Shown piece after piece: positions 45,747 to 53,849 of a DNA stretch of 64,000 nucleotides. The stretch is from Candidatus Omnitrophota bacterium. Lineage in GTDB: Bacteria; Omnitrophota; Gorgyraeia; Zapsychrales; JANLHA01. The DNA is taken from positions 4,351 through 68,350 of the forward strand of contig JACKFI010000003.1 in NCBI GenBank assembly GCA_020632555.1, in the 5' to 3' direction. How positions within the stretch are numbered: the first letter of the stretch is position 1; the number at the start of each line of letters is the position of its first letter. A program made the translations under genes and the position numbers. A model generated the notes under the pieces. That model was not told the DNA's origin and searched no databases. It saw only the letters and a program-made list of their open reading frames with translations.

Positions 45747-46355
45747 ATGATTGATATCAATTTAGTTCCGGAAAATATGCGCAAGAATCGCCGTTCTAAA
45801 GCGGTTGCGGCTACTTCTCCTTCTTCGGCGGTTGTGACGGGTTTGCCTCAGACTGTGGTTTTTGGAATTCTGGGGGCTTTTACAGCATTATTGATTCTCG
45901 TATTATTGGGTTGTCAGGGTTATTTGGCTTTGCAAATTTCCAAGCGTAATAATTTGAAAAAGCAATTGGCAGATATTGAACAGGCGCGCAAGAATGTTGA
46001 AGTGACCATTAAGGAAATTAAGGATTTGAATGTGCGGGTTAAGACTTTGGAAAAGGTTGTTGGCGGGCGGACAATTCTTTGGGCGGAAAAATTAAATGAA
46101 ATCAGTGATAATTTACCCAGAGGTGTTTGGTTGACCAAGGTGGCGCTGGAAGCCCAATTTTTGGTGCTTGAAGGCAGCGCGGTTTCTAAAATGAAAACAG
46201 AGATCGCGGATATTCATCTGTTGACGGGTAAGCTCAAGTCGGACAAAAACTTTATGGTGAACTTGAAGAGTCTTGAGCTGGATATGATTAAGGCTCGCAA
46301 TGTTGATAATCTTTCAGTGGCTGATTTTAAAATCAAGGCTGAACTAGAGAAGTAA
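45747..46355 (+). CDS. pilN: PilN
   Basis: The ATG at 45747 gives 'MIDINLVPEN', a typical PilN start. One TM segment plus a coiled coil. The track start at 45657 would overlap pilM. Confidence 0.8.
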   Translation: MIDINLVPENMRKNRRSKAVAATSPSSAVVTGLPQTVVFGILGAFTALLILVLLGCQGYLALQISKRNNLKKQLADIEQARKNVEVTIKEIKDLNVRVKTLEKVVGGRTILWAEKLNEISDNLPRGVWLTKVALEAQFLVLEGSAVSKMKTEIADIHLLTGKLKSDKNFMVNLKSLELDMIKARNVDNLSVADFKIKAELEK

Positions 46356-46375
46356 TTTGGAATTATCAGAATATT

Positions 46376-47035
46376 ATGGCTAGAGATATACAGATTAACA
46401 TCGGGGAAGAAGTTTCAAAGTTGATTTCAAAAATCAATGAGAAAAATCCTTATCTGATTGTTGGTATTGGCGCGGGCATCATTTTGATTGCATTTTATTT
46501 CATTTTCTTTCAGGCCAAGTTTAAGGAAATAACGATTTTAAGTGCCGAGGCTGGCAATCTTCGGCAGACTTTAGAGCAAACGCGAACGAATTTGCAAAGA
46601 GTTGATCAATACAATAAAGAGCTCGCCAATTTACATCAGAAAATAGAAAATTTTAGCAAGAAAATAAAGTCCAAGGATGAAATTCCTGGCGCTTTAGAAA
46701 AATTGTCTCGTTTGGCTGTTGAGAACGGTGTCAAAATCGAGCAAATGATGCCCGATGAAGCTCACAGTGAAGTTGTTTTAAAAAATGAGGAAGGTCAGTT
46801 TGTTTCTATTCCCGTGGTGATTGGCGCGCGCTGCAGTTATCATGATTACGGCCGATTTGTTGACCAATTAGAAGATGCCGGGATTTTCCTTGGGATTTCT
46901 GATTTTGGGATAATGGTCAATCCCGCGGATAGCAATAAGCATTTAGTGAAGTTGGTTCTCCGTTTGATTATTTTTGAGAAGGTTGATAAAAACGAACAAA
47001 TTGACAAAAAAACGGGAAAGCCGATTAAAAAGTGA
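46376..47035 (+). CDS. pilO: PilO
   Basis: Single TM segment, a coiled coil and a ferredoxin-like C-terminal domain. Position is between pilN and the pilP-like gene. Confidence 0.7.
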   Translation: MARDIQINIGEEVSKLISKINEKNPYLIVGIGAGIILIAFYFIFFQAKFKEITILSAEAGNLRQTLEQTRTNLQRVDQYNKELANLHQKIENFSKKIKSKDEIPGALEKLSRLAVENGVKIEQMMPDEAHSEVVLKNEEGQFVSIPVVIGARCSYHDYGRFVDQLEDAGIFLGISDFGIMVNPADSNKHLVKLVLRLIIFEKVDKNEQIDKKTGKPIKK

Positions 47036-47415
47036 TGATGCAAAATTTTAAATGGGTGTTATTAGCGATGGTTTTGATGATTGCCTGTGGGCAGGCTGGA
47101 GCTATTGCTGCTGATGGGACTTCTGTTGAAAAGGAGTTTACATACAATGATCACGATAAACGTGATCCTTTTTGGTCATTATTGGGAAATCGCGGAACGA
47201 TTTTAAATTTTGATAAGGATATTTATGCCAGCGATATGGTTTTGGAAGGGGTTTTATTGGAGCCGACGGGCGACAGTGTGGCTATTATCAATGGAAATAT
47301 TGTCAAGATTGGTGATAAGGTCGGTTTTTTTATTGTAAAAGAAATTCAAGTCAATATGGTGATTTTGGAAAAAGGACAAGAGATTATTACGTTAAAATTA
47401 AAGAAGGAGGAGTAA
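47032..47415 (+). CDS. PilP-like small periplasmic protein
   Basis: Signal peptide and a roughly 100-aa beta domain ('AIINGNIVKIGDKVGFFIVKEI'). The position immediately upstream of pilQ supports the call. Confidence 0.5.
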   Translation: MMMQNFKWVLLAMVLMIACGQAGAIAADGTSVEKEFTYNDHDKRDPFWSLLGNRGTILNFDKDIYASDMVLEGVLLEPTGDSVAIINGNIVKIGDKVGFFIVKEIQVNMVILEKGQEIITLKLKKEE

Positions 47416-47416
47416 C

Positions 47417-48841
47417 ATGTCAAAGATCCTAATGGCGGCATTAATCGCTTTTTGGGGGTGGTCCTTACCGGTGATGGCGCAAGGTCAAGCGGACAGCGGT
47501 TTAGAAATAGAACAGGAAGCCAATATGACTGGGCAAAGCATGGGAGACAGTTCTGTCACGACCGTTTCTCCTGTTAAGGGGAGTCAAGAAGATGCTGGCG
47601 AGGTGGATGTTTCAGCCAGCGGCAATGTCAGTATTGATTTTCGGGATGCGGATATTCAGAATGTTTTGCGAATTCTTTCTTATAAAAGTGGCGTTAATAT
47701 TGTGACTGGACCGGAGGTTACGGGTTTGGTGACTATTAAACTTAAGGATGTTCCGTGGAAGCGAGCTTTGGAAGTTGTTTTGGAAACTTACGGTTATGGG
47801 TACGAATTTAAAGATAACATTATAACGGTGACCACTGTAGAGGGTTTGAAAAGACGCCGGGAAGATGCTACACTGTTGGCCGAACAAGAACCTTTGGTGA
47901 CGAAAACGTTTGTTTTGAATTATGCTAAGGCTTCAGAAGTGATTGCGTCTTTGGATAAAATGAAAACGGTTCGGGGCACAATCAATTATGATGAGCGCAC
48001 CAATACGTTGATTGTTCGTGATCTTTCTCGAAATATGGAGTTGATTGAAAACGTTGTTAAGCAATTAGACCGGACAACGCCGCAAGTTCTTATTGAAGCC
48101 AAAGTGGTTGAAACAACATTGGATAATACAGAAAAACTTGGAATTGAGTGGACCACCAAAGTTGGGGTCGGGGGAGCTCAGCGTCCGATCACGTGGCCGT
48201 TTACCGCGCATTCAGACAATAAATATATGAGGGCAGATGATCTGCCGGGCGCAGGAGATGCGGATTTTTCTTATGGGACTTTGAATTTCCAGCAAATGTC
48301 AGCTGTTTTAGAAATGTTGCGTAATCGTACGGATACAAATATTTTGTCCAATCCGCGAATTGTGACAATCAATAATAAGCCGGCGAGAATTGTTGTAGGC
48401 AAGCAGTATCCATTTCCACAATATACCTACAATGATCAGCAAGCAAAGTATCAAGTCAGTGGATGGGAGTATAAGGATATTGGAGTTATTTTTGAGGTGA
48501 CCCCGCATGTGAATAATGCCGGGTTTATCACGTTGGAGTTATGGCCGCAAGTGACAGACATTTTGGGTTTTGTAACGGTAGAGAATGCTTCCGTTCCGCA
48601 ATTAAGTCAGGAACAAGCAAAAACCAGTGTCATGATCAAGGATGGCGAGACGTTGGTTATCGCTGGATTGATTAAAGACCAAGTCACGGACACCAAGAAG
48701 AAAGTTCCTTTTTTGGGGGATATTCCTCTGGTGGGGCTTCTTTTCCAGAAAACTGAAAAGACTGTTGTTAAACAGGACCTTCTCATTTTTGTGACACCAC
48801 ACATCATTAATAACGACGATCCTGCTGCTCCCGCTAAATAA
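47417..48841 (+). CDS. pilQ: Type IV pilus secretin PilQ
   Basis: Signal peptide, N0/STN-like 'VSIDFRDADIQNVLRIL', 'TNTLIVRD', and the secretin C-terminus 'KVPFLGDIPLVGLLFQ...LLIFVTPHI'. Confidence 0.9.
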   Translation: MSKILMAALIAFWGWSLPVMAQGQADSGLEIEQEANMTGQSMGDSSVTTVSPVKGSQEDAGEVDVSASGNVSIDFRDADIQNVLRILSYKSGVNIVTGPEVTGLVTIKLKDVPWKRALEVVLETYGYGYEFKDNIITVTTVEGLKRRREDATLLAEQEPLVTKTFVLNYAKASEVIASLDKMKTVRGTINYDERTNTLIVRDLSRNMELIENVVKQLDRTTPQVLIEAKVVETTLDNTEKLGIEWTTKVGVGGAQRPITWPFTAHSDNKYMRADDLPGAGDADFSYGTLNFQQMSAVLEMLRNRTDTNILSNPRIVTINNKPARIVVGKQYPFPQYTYNDQQAKYQVSGWEYKDIGVIFEVTPHVNNAGFITLELWPQVTDILGFVTVENASVPQLSQEQAKTSVMIKDGETLVIAGLIKDQVTDTKKKVPFLGDIPLVGLLFQKTEKTVVKQDLLIFVTPHIINNDDPAAPAK

Positions 48842-48966
48842 GGTAAGGCTGCTGGGACTTAAGAAAAAATCGCTCTATCCGGATAGGTGTATTTGGGGAT
48901 AGGAATATTTTTCCTGAGGCTTGGTGTGCCTTTTAGAAAATTTAACTTTTACAAGCGAGGTGCGGA

Positions 48967-50265
48967 GTGTCGCGCGAAATTTTGGTTCACATTGGACCTG
49001 GAGAAACGCAAGCGGTCATTATTCAAGATGGCCATCTGGATGATTTTCACTTAGAAGTCGATCATCATCAATCTATTTTAGGAAACATTTATAAGGGTAA
49101 GGTTGAATCGATTTTACCGTCGATTAATGGCGCTTTTGTTAATATCGGGCAGGAAAAGAATGGGTTTTTGTATTTGACGGATGTGGTCGCCCCGCAAGTG
49201 GCTGACGAGCCTGTGGGCCCTTTGAAAATCATCAAAAAGATTTTTTCTCGTAATGAAAAAAAAGACAAGCCTGCGGAAGCCAAAGCTATTCCTCTTAAGC
49301 AAGGCCAAGAAATTTTAGTGCAAGTTGTGAAGGAACCTTTTAGTAATAAAGGGGCGAGATTGACCAGTCATATTTCTTTGGCTGGTCGTTTTGTTGTCTA
49401 TATGCCCTATGACACGCACGGAGGTGTATCTAAAAAAATTGAAAGCCACGATGAGCGTAAACGTTTACGCGGATTACTAGACGGCTTTGACTTTGTGACC
49501 ACCGGCGGTTTTATAGTGCGGACGGCTTCGCATGAAAAGGGCACACAAGAGCTGACGCGTGATGCGCGTTTTTTGTATAAAATTTGGCAGCAGATTTTAC
49601 GATTGGCCGAACAGAAACAAGCGCCGGCTTTGATTTATAAAGAATATGATTTGATTTGGAAAATTGTGCGGGATTACTTTACCAACAAAGTTGATAAATT
49701 GATTATTGATTCTAATGAAGAATATATGAAAGTTCGCAAATTCGTCGCGAATTTGATTGGTAAAGAACAGATTGAAAAAGTTCATTTGTACAGTGAGCCC
49801 ACGCCGCTTTTTGAGGCCAAGGGTGTCGCTCAGGAATTGCACAAGATTTATGATACCAAGGTAATGCTCAAATCCGGCGCGCACATTGTGATTGAGCCGA
49901 CCGAAGGTCTGATTGTGGTGGATGTTAATAGCGGTAAGTTTAAAACGCGGGCGACACCGGAAGACGCGGCTTTTATGGTGAATATGGAAGCGGCGACGGA
50001 AATTGCGCGGCAATTGCGTTTGCGGGATATGGGCGGGATTATTGTGATTGATTTTATTGATATGAGCCGTGAAGGACATAAGCGTAAAGTGATTGAAACG
50101 TTAGAGCAGGAATTGGCGCGTGATTATGCTAAAACGGAAGTGAATCGGATTTCTTCTTTAGGGTTGGTTGAAATGACGCGGGCCCGCACAGGCAAGACGT
50201 TGGAGGCGATTTCTTTTGCCGCGTGTCCGTATTGTGACGGCCGTGGGAAAATTCGGATTGAATGA
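48967..50265 (+). CDS. rng: Ribonuclease G/E-family endoribonuclease
   Basis: GTG start. S1 domain 'GNIYKGKVESILPSINGAFVNIG', catalytic-core blocks 'VVDVNSGKF' and 'GGIIVIDFIDM', and a C-terminal 'CPYCDGRG' Zn link. Confidence 0.85.
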   Translation: MSREILVHIGPGETQAVIIQDGHLDDFHLEVDHHQSILGNIYKGKVESILPSINGAFVNIGQEKNGFLYLTDVVAPQVADEPVGPLKIIKKIFSRNEKKDKPAEAKAIPLKQGQEILVQVVKEPFSNKGARLTSHISLAGRFVVYMPYDTHGGVSKKIESHDERKRLRGLLDGFDFVTTGGFIVRTASHEKGTQELTRDARFLYKIWQQILRLAEQKQAPALIYKEYDLIWKIVRDYFTNKVDKLIIDSNEEYMKVRKFVANLIGKEQIEKVHLYSEPTPLFEAKGVAQELHKIYDTKVMLKSGAHIVIEPTEGLIVVDVNSGKFKTRATPEDAAFMVNMEAATEIARQLRLRDMGGIIVIDFIDMSREGHKRKVIETLEQELARDYAKTEVNRISSLGLVEMTRARTGKTLEAISFAACPYCDGRGKIRIE

Positions 50266-50268
50266 CCG

Positions 50269-50601
50269 AGCCTGCCGACTTTGCGTGAGCAAACAAGCAG
50301 GCGAGCGACTGAACGTAGTGAAGGAGTCCCGCTTTCCCGAAGGGTAGATGCGGGAGGAATACTGCGAACTCGAGTGAAGCAGTATGATCGAATTAATAAA
50401 TATATATAAGCCTGCTGACTTTGCGTAAGCAAACAAGCAGGCGAGCGACTGAACGTAGTGAAGGAGTCCCGCTTTCCCGAAGGGTAGATGCGGGAGGAAT
50501 ACTGTGAGCGACTGAGGACGTAATGTCCGAAAGAGTGTCGTGGCCATCTGGCCAAGACCTAGAGCGAAGCAGTATGGTCGAATTAATAAATATATATAAG
50601 C
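50269..50601. repeat. GC-rich tandem repeat: a 96-nt core present twice (50269-50364 and 50409-50504) plus a shared 38-nt AT-rich tail present twice (50374-50411 and 50564-50601)
   Basis: The cores differ at 2 positions (period 140 bp). The tails read gag[t/c]gaagcagtatg[a/g]tcgaattaataaatatatataagc. Unit 2 carries an extra roughly 52-nt GC-rich insert. Confidence 0.9.
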
Positions 50602-50773
50602 TTGCGCCGTCGGCCGAGCTACGGAGAGCTCGGCGCTCCTTCGGACGTTGCGTCCTCAGTCGCGGGAGCTCCGGCATTCAACGCGTTGCAGCCATCTGGC
50701 TGCCGTGTTGATATTGGAGCATCAGCGACAATACAAGCGAAAATCAACAGTGGCTTGGTCATTGTCAAGAGGC

Positions 50774-50802
50774 TTGACAATTCTTAATATTCTGTTTAAA
50801 TA
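50774..50802 (+). promoter_or_regulatory. Sigma70-type promoter for rplU, with the -35 box inside a 9-3-9 palindrome
   Basis: TTGACA (50774-50779), 17-nt spacer, TAAATA (50797-50802). The palindrome attgtcaag-agg-cttgacaat spans 50761-50781. Confidence 0.6.
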
Positions 50803-50851
50803 CTAGCTTTCACGGGGACAGGGGTTAAATTAACAAGAGTGAGGTCATATT

Positions 50852-51163
50852 ATGTACGCGATTGTGCAAATTGGCGCAGGCCAGTACAAAGTTGAAGAAG
50901 GACAGCAAGTTGTCGTTGGAAAGTATCCGGAAGCAGAAGGCCAGACGGTGACTTTAGACAAAGTGCTTTTGGTGGCTAATGGTAATAATATTACGGTTGG
51001 CCAGCCTTTTGTCGAGGGGGCAACCATTAGTGCCAAAGTTGTTAAACAGGCTTTGGGCGAAAAAGTGGTGGCGTTTAAGTTTCGTAAACGTAAGGACTCG
51101 ATTCAAAAAATTGGTTACCGCAAGAAGATTACAGCGCTTGATATTATTAAGATTGCTGCCTAA
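50852..51163 (+). CDS. rplU: 50S ribosomal protein L21
   Basis: 'MYAIVQIGAGQYKVEEG...' is a typical L21 N-terminus. Length is 103 aa. Confidence 0.95.
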   Translation: MYAIVQIGAGQYKVEEGQQVVVGKYPEAEGQTVTLDKVLLVANGNNITVGQPFVEGATISAKVVKQALGEKVVAFKFRKRKDSIQKIGYRKKITALDIIKIAA

Positions 51164-51202
51164 GATTCTGAGGGTATTTTCCCCTAATTCAAAGGTGCGG
51201 TT

Positions 51203-52174
51203 ATGGCGTTTGTTGATGAGGTCAGGATTTTTGTTAAGGCTGGTAACGGCGGGAAAGGCTGCGAAAGTTTTTATCAAGACAAACTCAATCGATATCCTCG
51301 GCCTGACGGCGGCGACGGCGGCAAGGGCGGGGATATTACTTTTGTTGCTGACAAATCGGTGCATACATTGTTGGATTATCGTTTTAAGCAGCATTACCAA
51401 GCCGGGCGGGGCGGGCACGGCAGCAGCAAGAATTTTAAAGGCAAAAGCGGTAAGGATATTTTTTTGCGGGTCCCGATCGGGACGATCATCCGCGATTTTG
51501 ATACCAAACTTTTGATTCGTGATCTTGTTGAAGACGGCCAGTCGATTCTGGTGGCCAAAGGCGGCATCCAAGGTCGCGGGAATCACGACGGCCGACGTTC
51601 TTTGCCTCCCGGCGAGGGCGAAGCCAAAACCATTCATCTTGAGTTAAAAGTCATTGCAGATGTTGGGATTGTGGGTTTTCCCAATGCGGGCAAGTCGACG
51701 TTGATTTCTAATATTTCTAAAGTTCGTTCCAAAATTGCCAATTATCCTTTTACTACGCGCCAGCCGATTTTGGGTGTGGTGATTGGTGATGATAATTCAC
51801 ATTTTACGGTTGCGGATTTGCCCGGCTTGATTGAAGGGGCGCATTTGGGCAAAGGTTTGGGCGACCGATTTTTAAAACATGCGGAACGCACAAAGATTTT
51901 AATTCATTTATTGGATATGGCCGGCAGTGAGTGTCGGGATCCTTTGGACGATTATGACAAGATTAAGAATGAATTAGAGCTTTATAGTGATAAGTTGGCT
52001 TTAAAGATTCGTTTGGTGGTGGCCAATAAAATGGACCTGCCTGAGGCGGCCGCGAATTTGAAACGTTTTAAACGAAAATACAAAAAAGAAGAAATTCTCA
52101 GCATTTCAGCTTTAGAGGGTAAAGGTTTAGACAAGCTGGTTGCGCGCCTGCGGGAGTTATTGGATAAAAAGTAG
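51203..52174 (+). CDS. obg: GTPase Obg/CgtA
   Basis: Obg fold 'FVDEVRIFVKAGNGGKG...GGDGGKGGD'. G1 'GFPNAGKST', G3 'DLPGLIEGA', G4 'NKMD'. Confidence 0.95.
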   Translation: MAFVDEVRIFVKAGNGGKGCESFYQDKLNRYPRPDGGDGGKGGDITFVADKSVHTLLDYRFKQHYQAGRGGHGSSKNFKGKSGKDIFLRVPIGTIIRDFDTKLLIRDLVEDGQSILVAKGGIQGRGNHDGRRSLPPGEGEAKTIHLELKVIADVGIVGFPNAGKSTLISNISKVRSKIANYPFTTRQPILGVVIGDDNSHFTVADLPGLIEGAHLGKGLGDRFLKHAERTKILIHLLDMAGSECRDPLDDYDKIKNELELYSDKLALKIRLVVANKMDLPEAAANLKRFKRKYKKEEILSISALEGKGLDKLVARLRELLDKK

Positions 52175-52211
52175 CAGCTGTCCCCTTTTTTTAAGGGAAA
52201 CCCCTCGGTGC

Positions 52212-52291
52212 TTGATAAATAATTTTTGTAGGGAACGGTCGCGACCGTTCCTTGTCCGTTGCGAATTTGGGCAACGCTGCCAGAATTGGGA
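52212..52291. repeat. 80-bp direct repeat copy 1 (contains the 20-bp perfect palindrome 52232-52251)
   Basis: ttgataaataatttttgtagggaacggtcgcgaccgttccttgtccgttgcgaatttgggcaacgctgccagaattggga recurs at 52669-52748 with 78 of 80 nt identical. Confidence 0.9.
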
Positions 52292-52316
52292 CAACTGGGA
52301 ACCACATCGAGGAGTC

Positions 52317-52631
52317 ATGAAAGAGAATTCTAGAGATTTTTTGTATGGTTTTGTTATTGTTATTGTCGCGATAGCTATTGAGTTGGGTACTTTGAAACCC
52401 GTTGCAATGAACTTGGGTGATCATGGAAATATTCTGGCAGGGGTATGTTTAAGCCTTACGCCGTTGATATTGTTGGCTTTGTGTGTATTTTTTATTATTA
52501 AAAAAAGAGCGTCAATTAGTATTGGCATTATCCTTGGGATTTTGGCTATTATTGGTGTAATTGCTTTAAACTCATGGGAGCGAACGCCATTATCATCTTG
52601 GGAGAGATCGGCAATTGAAAGTAACCATTAA
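52317..52631 (+). CDS. Small (104-aa) 3-TM membrane protein, hypothetical
   Basis: The ATG at 52317 comes 5 nt after GAGGAG. Three hydrophobic helices. The upstream part of the track ORF (52140-52316) lies in the repeat and the obg 3' region. Confidence 0.55.
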   Translation: MKENSRDFLYGFVIVIVAIAIELGTLKPVAMNLGDHGNILAGVCLSLTPLILLALCVFFIIKKRASISIGIILGILAIIGVIALNSWERTPLSSWERSAIESNH

Positions 52632-52668
52632 TCTCAAAGATAAAATTTAGGAGCTGTCCCAACAATTG

Positions 52669-52748
52669 TTGATAAATAATTTTTGTAGGGAACGGTCGCG
52701 ACCGTTTCTTGTCCGTTGTGAATTTGGGCAACGCTGCCAGAATTGGGA
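52669..52748. repeat. 80-bp direct repeat copy 2
   Basis: See copy 1. The two substitutions are C to T: one breaks the palindrome and the other keeps the second hairpin paired as G.U. Confidence 0.9.
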
Positions 52749-52757
52749 ATTCAAAAA

Positions 52758-53846
52758 ATGATACGAACATTTAAACGACCAATTAAGCGTGTTGTGATTA
52801 AGGTGGGCTCTAGTGTGATTGCCGATTATACGCTCAAGGCCCGCAGTGCTCAGCTGCGCTCTTTGGTCGGGCAGATGAGTGCGCTTAATCAACAAGGCAT
52901 TGAAGTTATTCTGGTCAGTTCTGGGGCTATTGTTTTGGGCATGGGAGAGTTAGGATTAAAAACGCGTCCGTCGGATTTGGCCTCTTTGCAGGCTTTGGCC
53001 GCTGTCGGGCAGACGGTTTTAATGAAAACCTACAGCGTTTTTTTTAAAAAAACAGATACCAAATGCGCGCAAGTGCTTTTGACGTGGGAGGATTTTGATT
53101 CCCGCAATCGCTACAATAATGCCAGCCATACGCTCAAAGCGATTTTGGCACACAAAGTGATTCCGATTATTAATGAAAACGATACGATCTCGACGGACGA
53201 AATCAAGTTTGGTGACAATGATAAATTGTCGGCTTTAGTTGCCGGTTTGGTGCACGCGGATTTGTTGATTTTGCTTTCGGATGTTAAAGGGCTTTATGAA
53301 AAGCGCGACGGCAAAACACAGTATTTTACGGAGGTTAAAGAAATCAATGCCGATATTCAAGGGATGGCGACCGGTTCGGTCAATGCAAATATTTCCAAAG
53401 GCGGCATGGCGGCGAAGTTGGCAGCCATTAAGATTGCGACGCACGCTAATATTCCCTGTGTGATTGCCAGCGGCTCGACTAAAAATGTTTTGGCCGATGT
53501 GATCAATGGCCAACCGGTGGGCACGTTTTTCTTTAGCAAAGAGGACAAAACTTTGGCGCGGCGGCATTGGATTTCATTTATTGCTAAGCCCAAAGGAACC
53601 ATTACCGTCGATGATGGCGCGGTTGCGGCGTTGTTGACGCGGGGTAAGAGTTTATTGTTGCCGGGTGTGGTCAAATGCGAAGGGCATTTTAAAGCGGACG
53701 ATGTCGTGATTATTCAAGATCAGCATGCCGGCGAAATTGCGCGGGGTATTGTGCATTATTCTGTGGCGGATATTTTAAATATTTCAGAGAAAAAAGGTCA
53801 GCACGAAGTGATTCATTGCGATGATTTGGTCCTTTGTAAGAGGTAG
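52758..53846 (+). CDS. proB: Glutamate 5-kinase (with PUA domain)
   Basis: 'RVVIKVGSS', 'LVSSGA', 'IINENDT', 'GDNDKLSA' and a C-terminal PUA-like domain. The ATG at 52758 is preferred because the start at 52743 lies inside the repeat. Confidence 0.9.
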   Translation: MIRTFKRPIKRVVIKVGSSVIADYTLKARSAQLRSLVGQMSALNQQGIEVILVSSGAIVLGMGELGLKTRPSDLASLQALAAVGQTVLMKTYSVFFKKTDTKCAQVLLTWEDFDSRNRYNNASHTLKAILAHKVIPIINENDTISTDEIKFGDNDKLSALVAGLVHADLLILLSDVKGLYEKRDGKTQYFTEVKEINADIQGMATGSVNANISKGGMAAKLAAIKIATHANIPCVIASGSTKNVLADVINGQPVGTFFFSKEDKTLARRHWISFIAKPKGTITVDDGAVAALLTRGKSLLLPGVVKCEGHFKADDVVIIQDQHAGEIARGIVHYSVADILNISEKKGQHEVIHCDDLVLCKR

Positions 53847-53849
53847 AAA

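Noticed and set aside
50512-50534. Hammerhead-ribozyme-like string CUGAGGAC-GUAAU-GUCCGAAAG
   Set aside because: CUGA..GA and GAAA boxes are present. However, if G8/A9 are kept unpaired, the stem-II closing pair would be C-C. No stems I/III with a cleavable UH site could be drawn. The hairpin is more simply one arm of the 24-bp inverted repeat.
50269-50601. CRISPR array, or DGR template/variable repeat pair
   Set aside because: The repeat unit (96 nt plus a 38-nt tail) is far longer than CRISPR repeats, and there are no unique spacers of regular size. The two differences between the cores do not involve template adenines (C/T and G/A), and no reverse transcriptase is nearby.
50124-50677. Three minus-strand ORFs (143, 129 and 94 aa) with repeated peptide segments in the rng-rplU spacer
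   Set aside because: The repeated peptides merely mirror the DNA tandem repeat. The ORFs overlap each other and the 3' end of rng, and they lack RBS and start context. The region is better explained as non-coding structured or repeat DNA.
50954-51637. 227-aa minus-strand ORF, and the 178-aa + strand ORF at 50979..51515
   Set aside because: They overlap rplU and obg, both of which carry unambiguous family motifs. The overlapping frames are Arg/Leu/Ala-rich, as is typical of off-frame translation.
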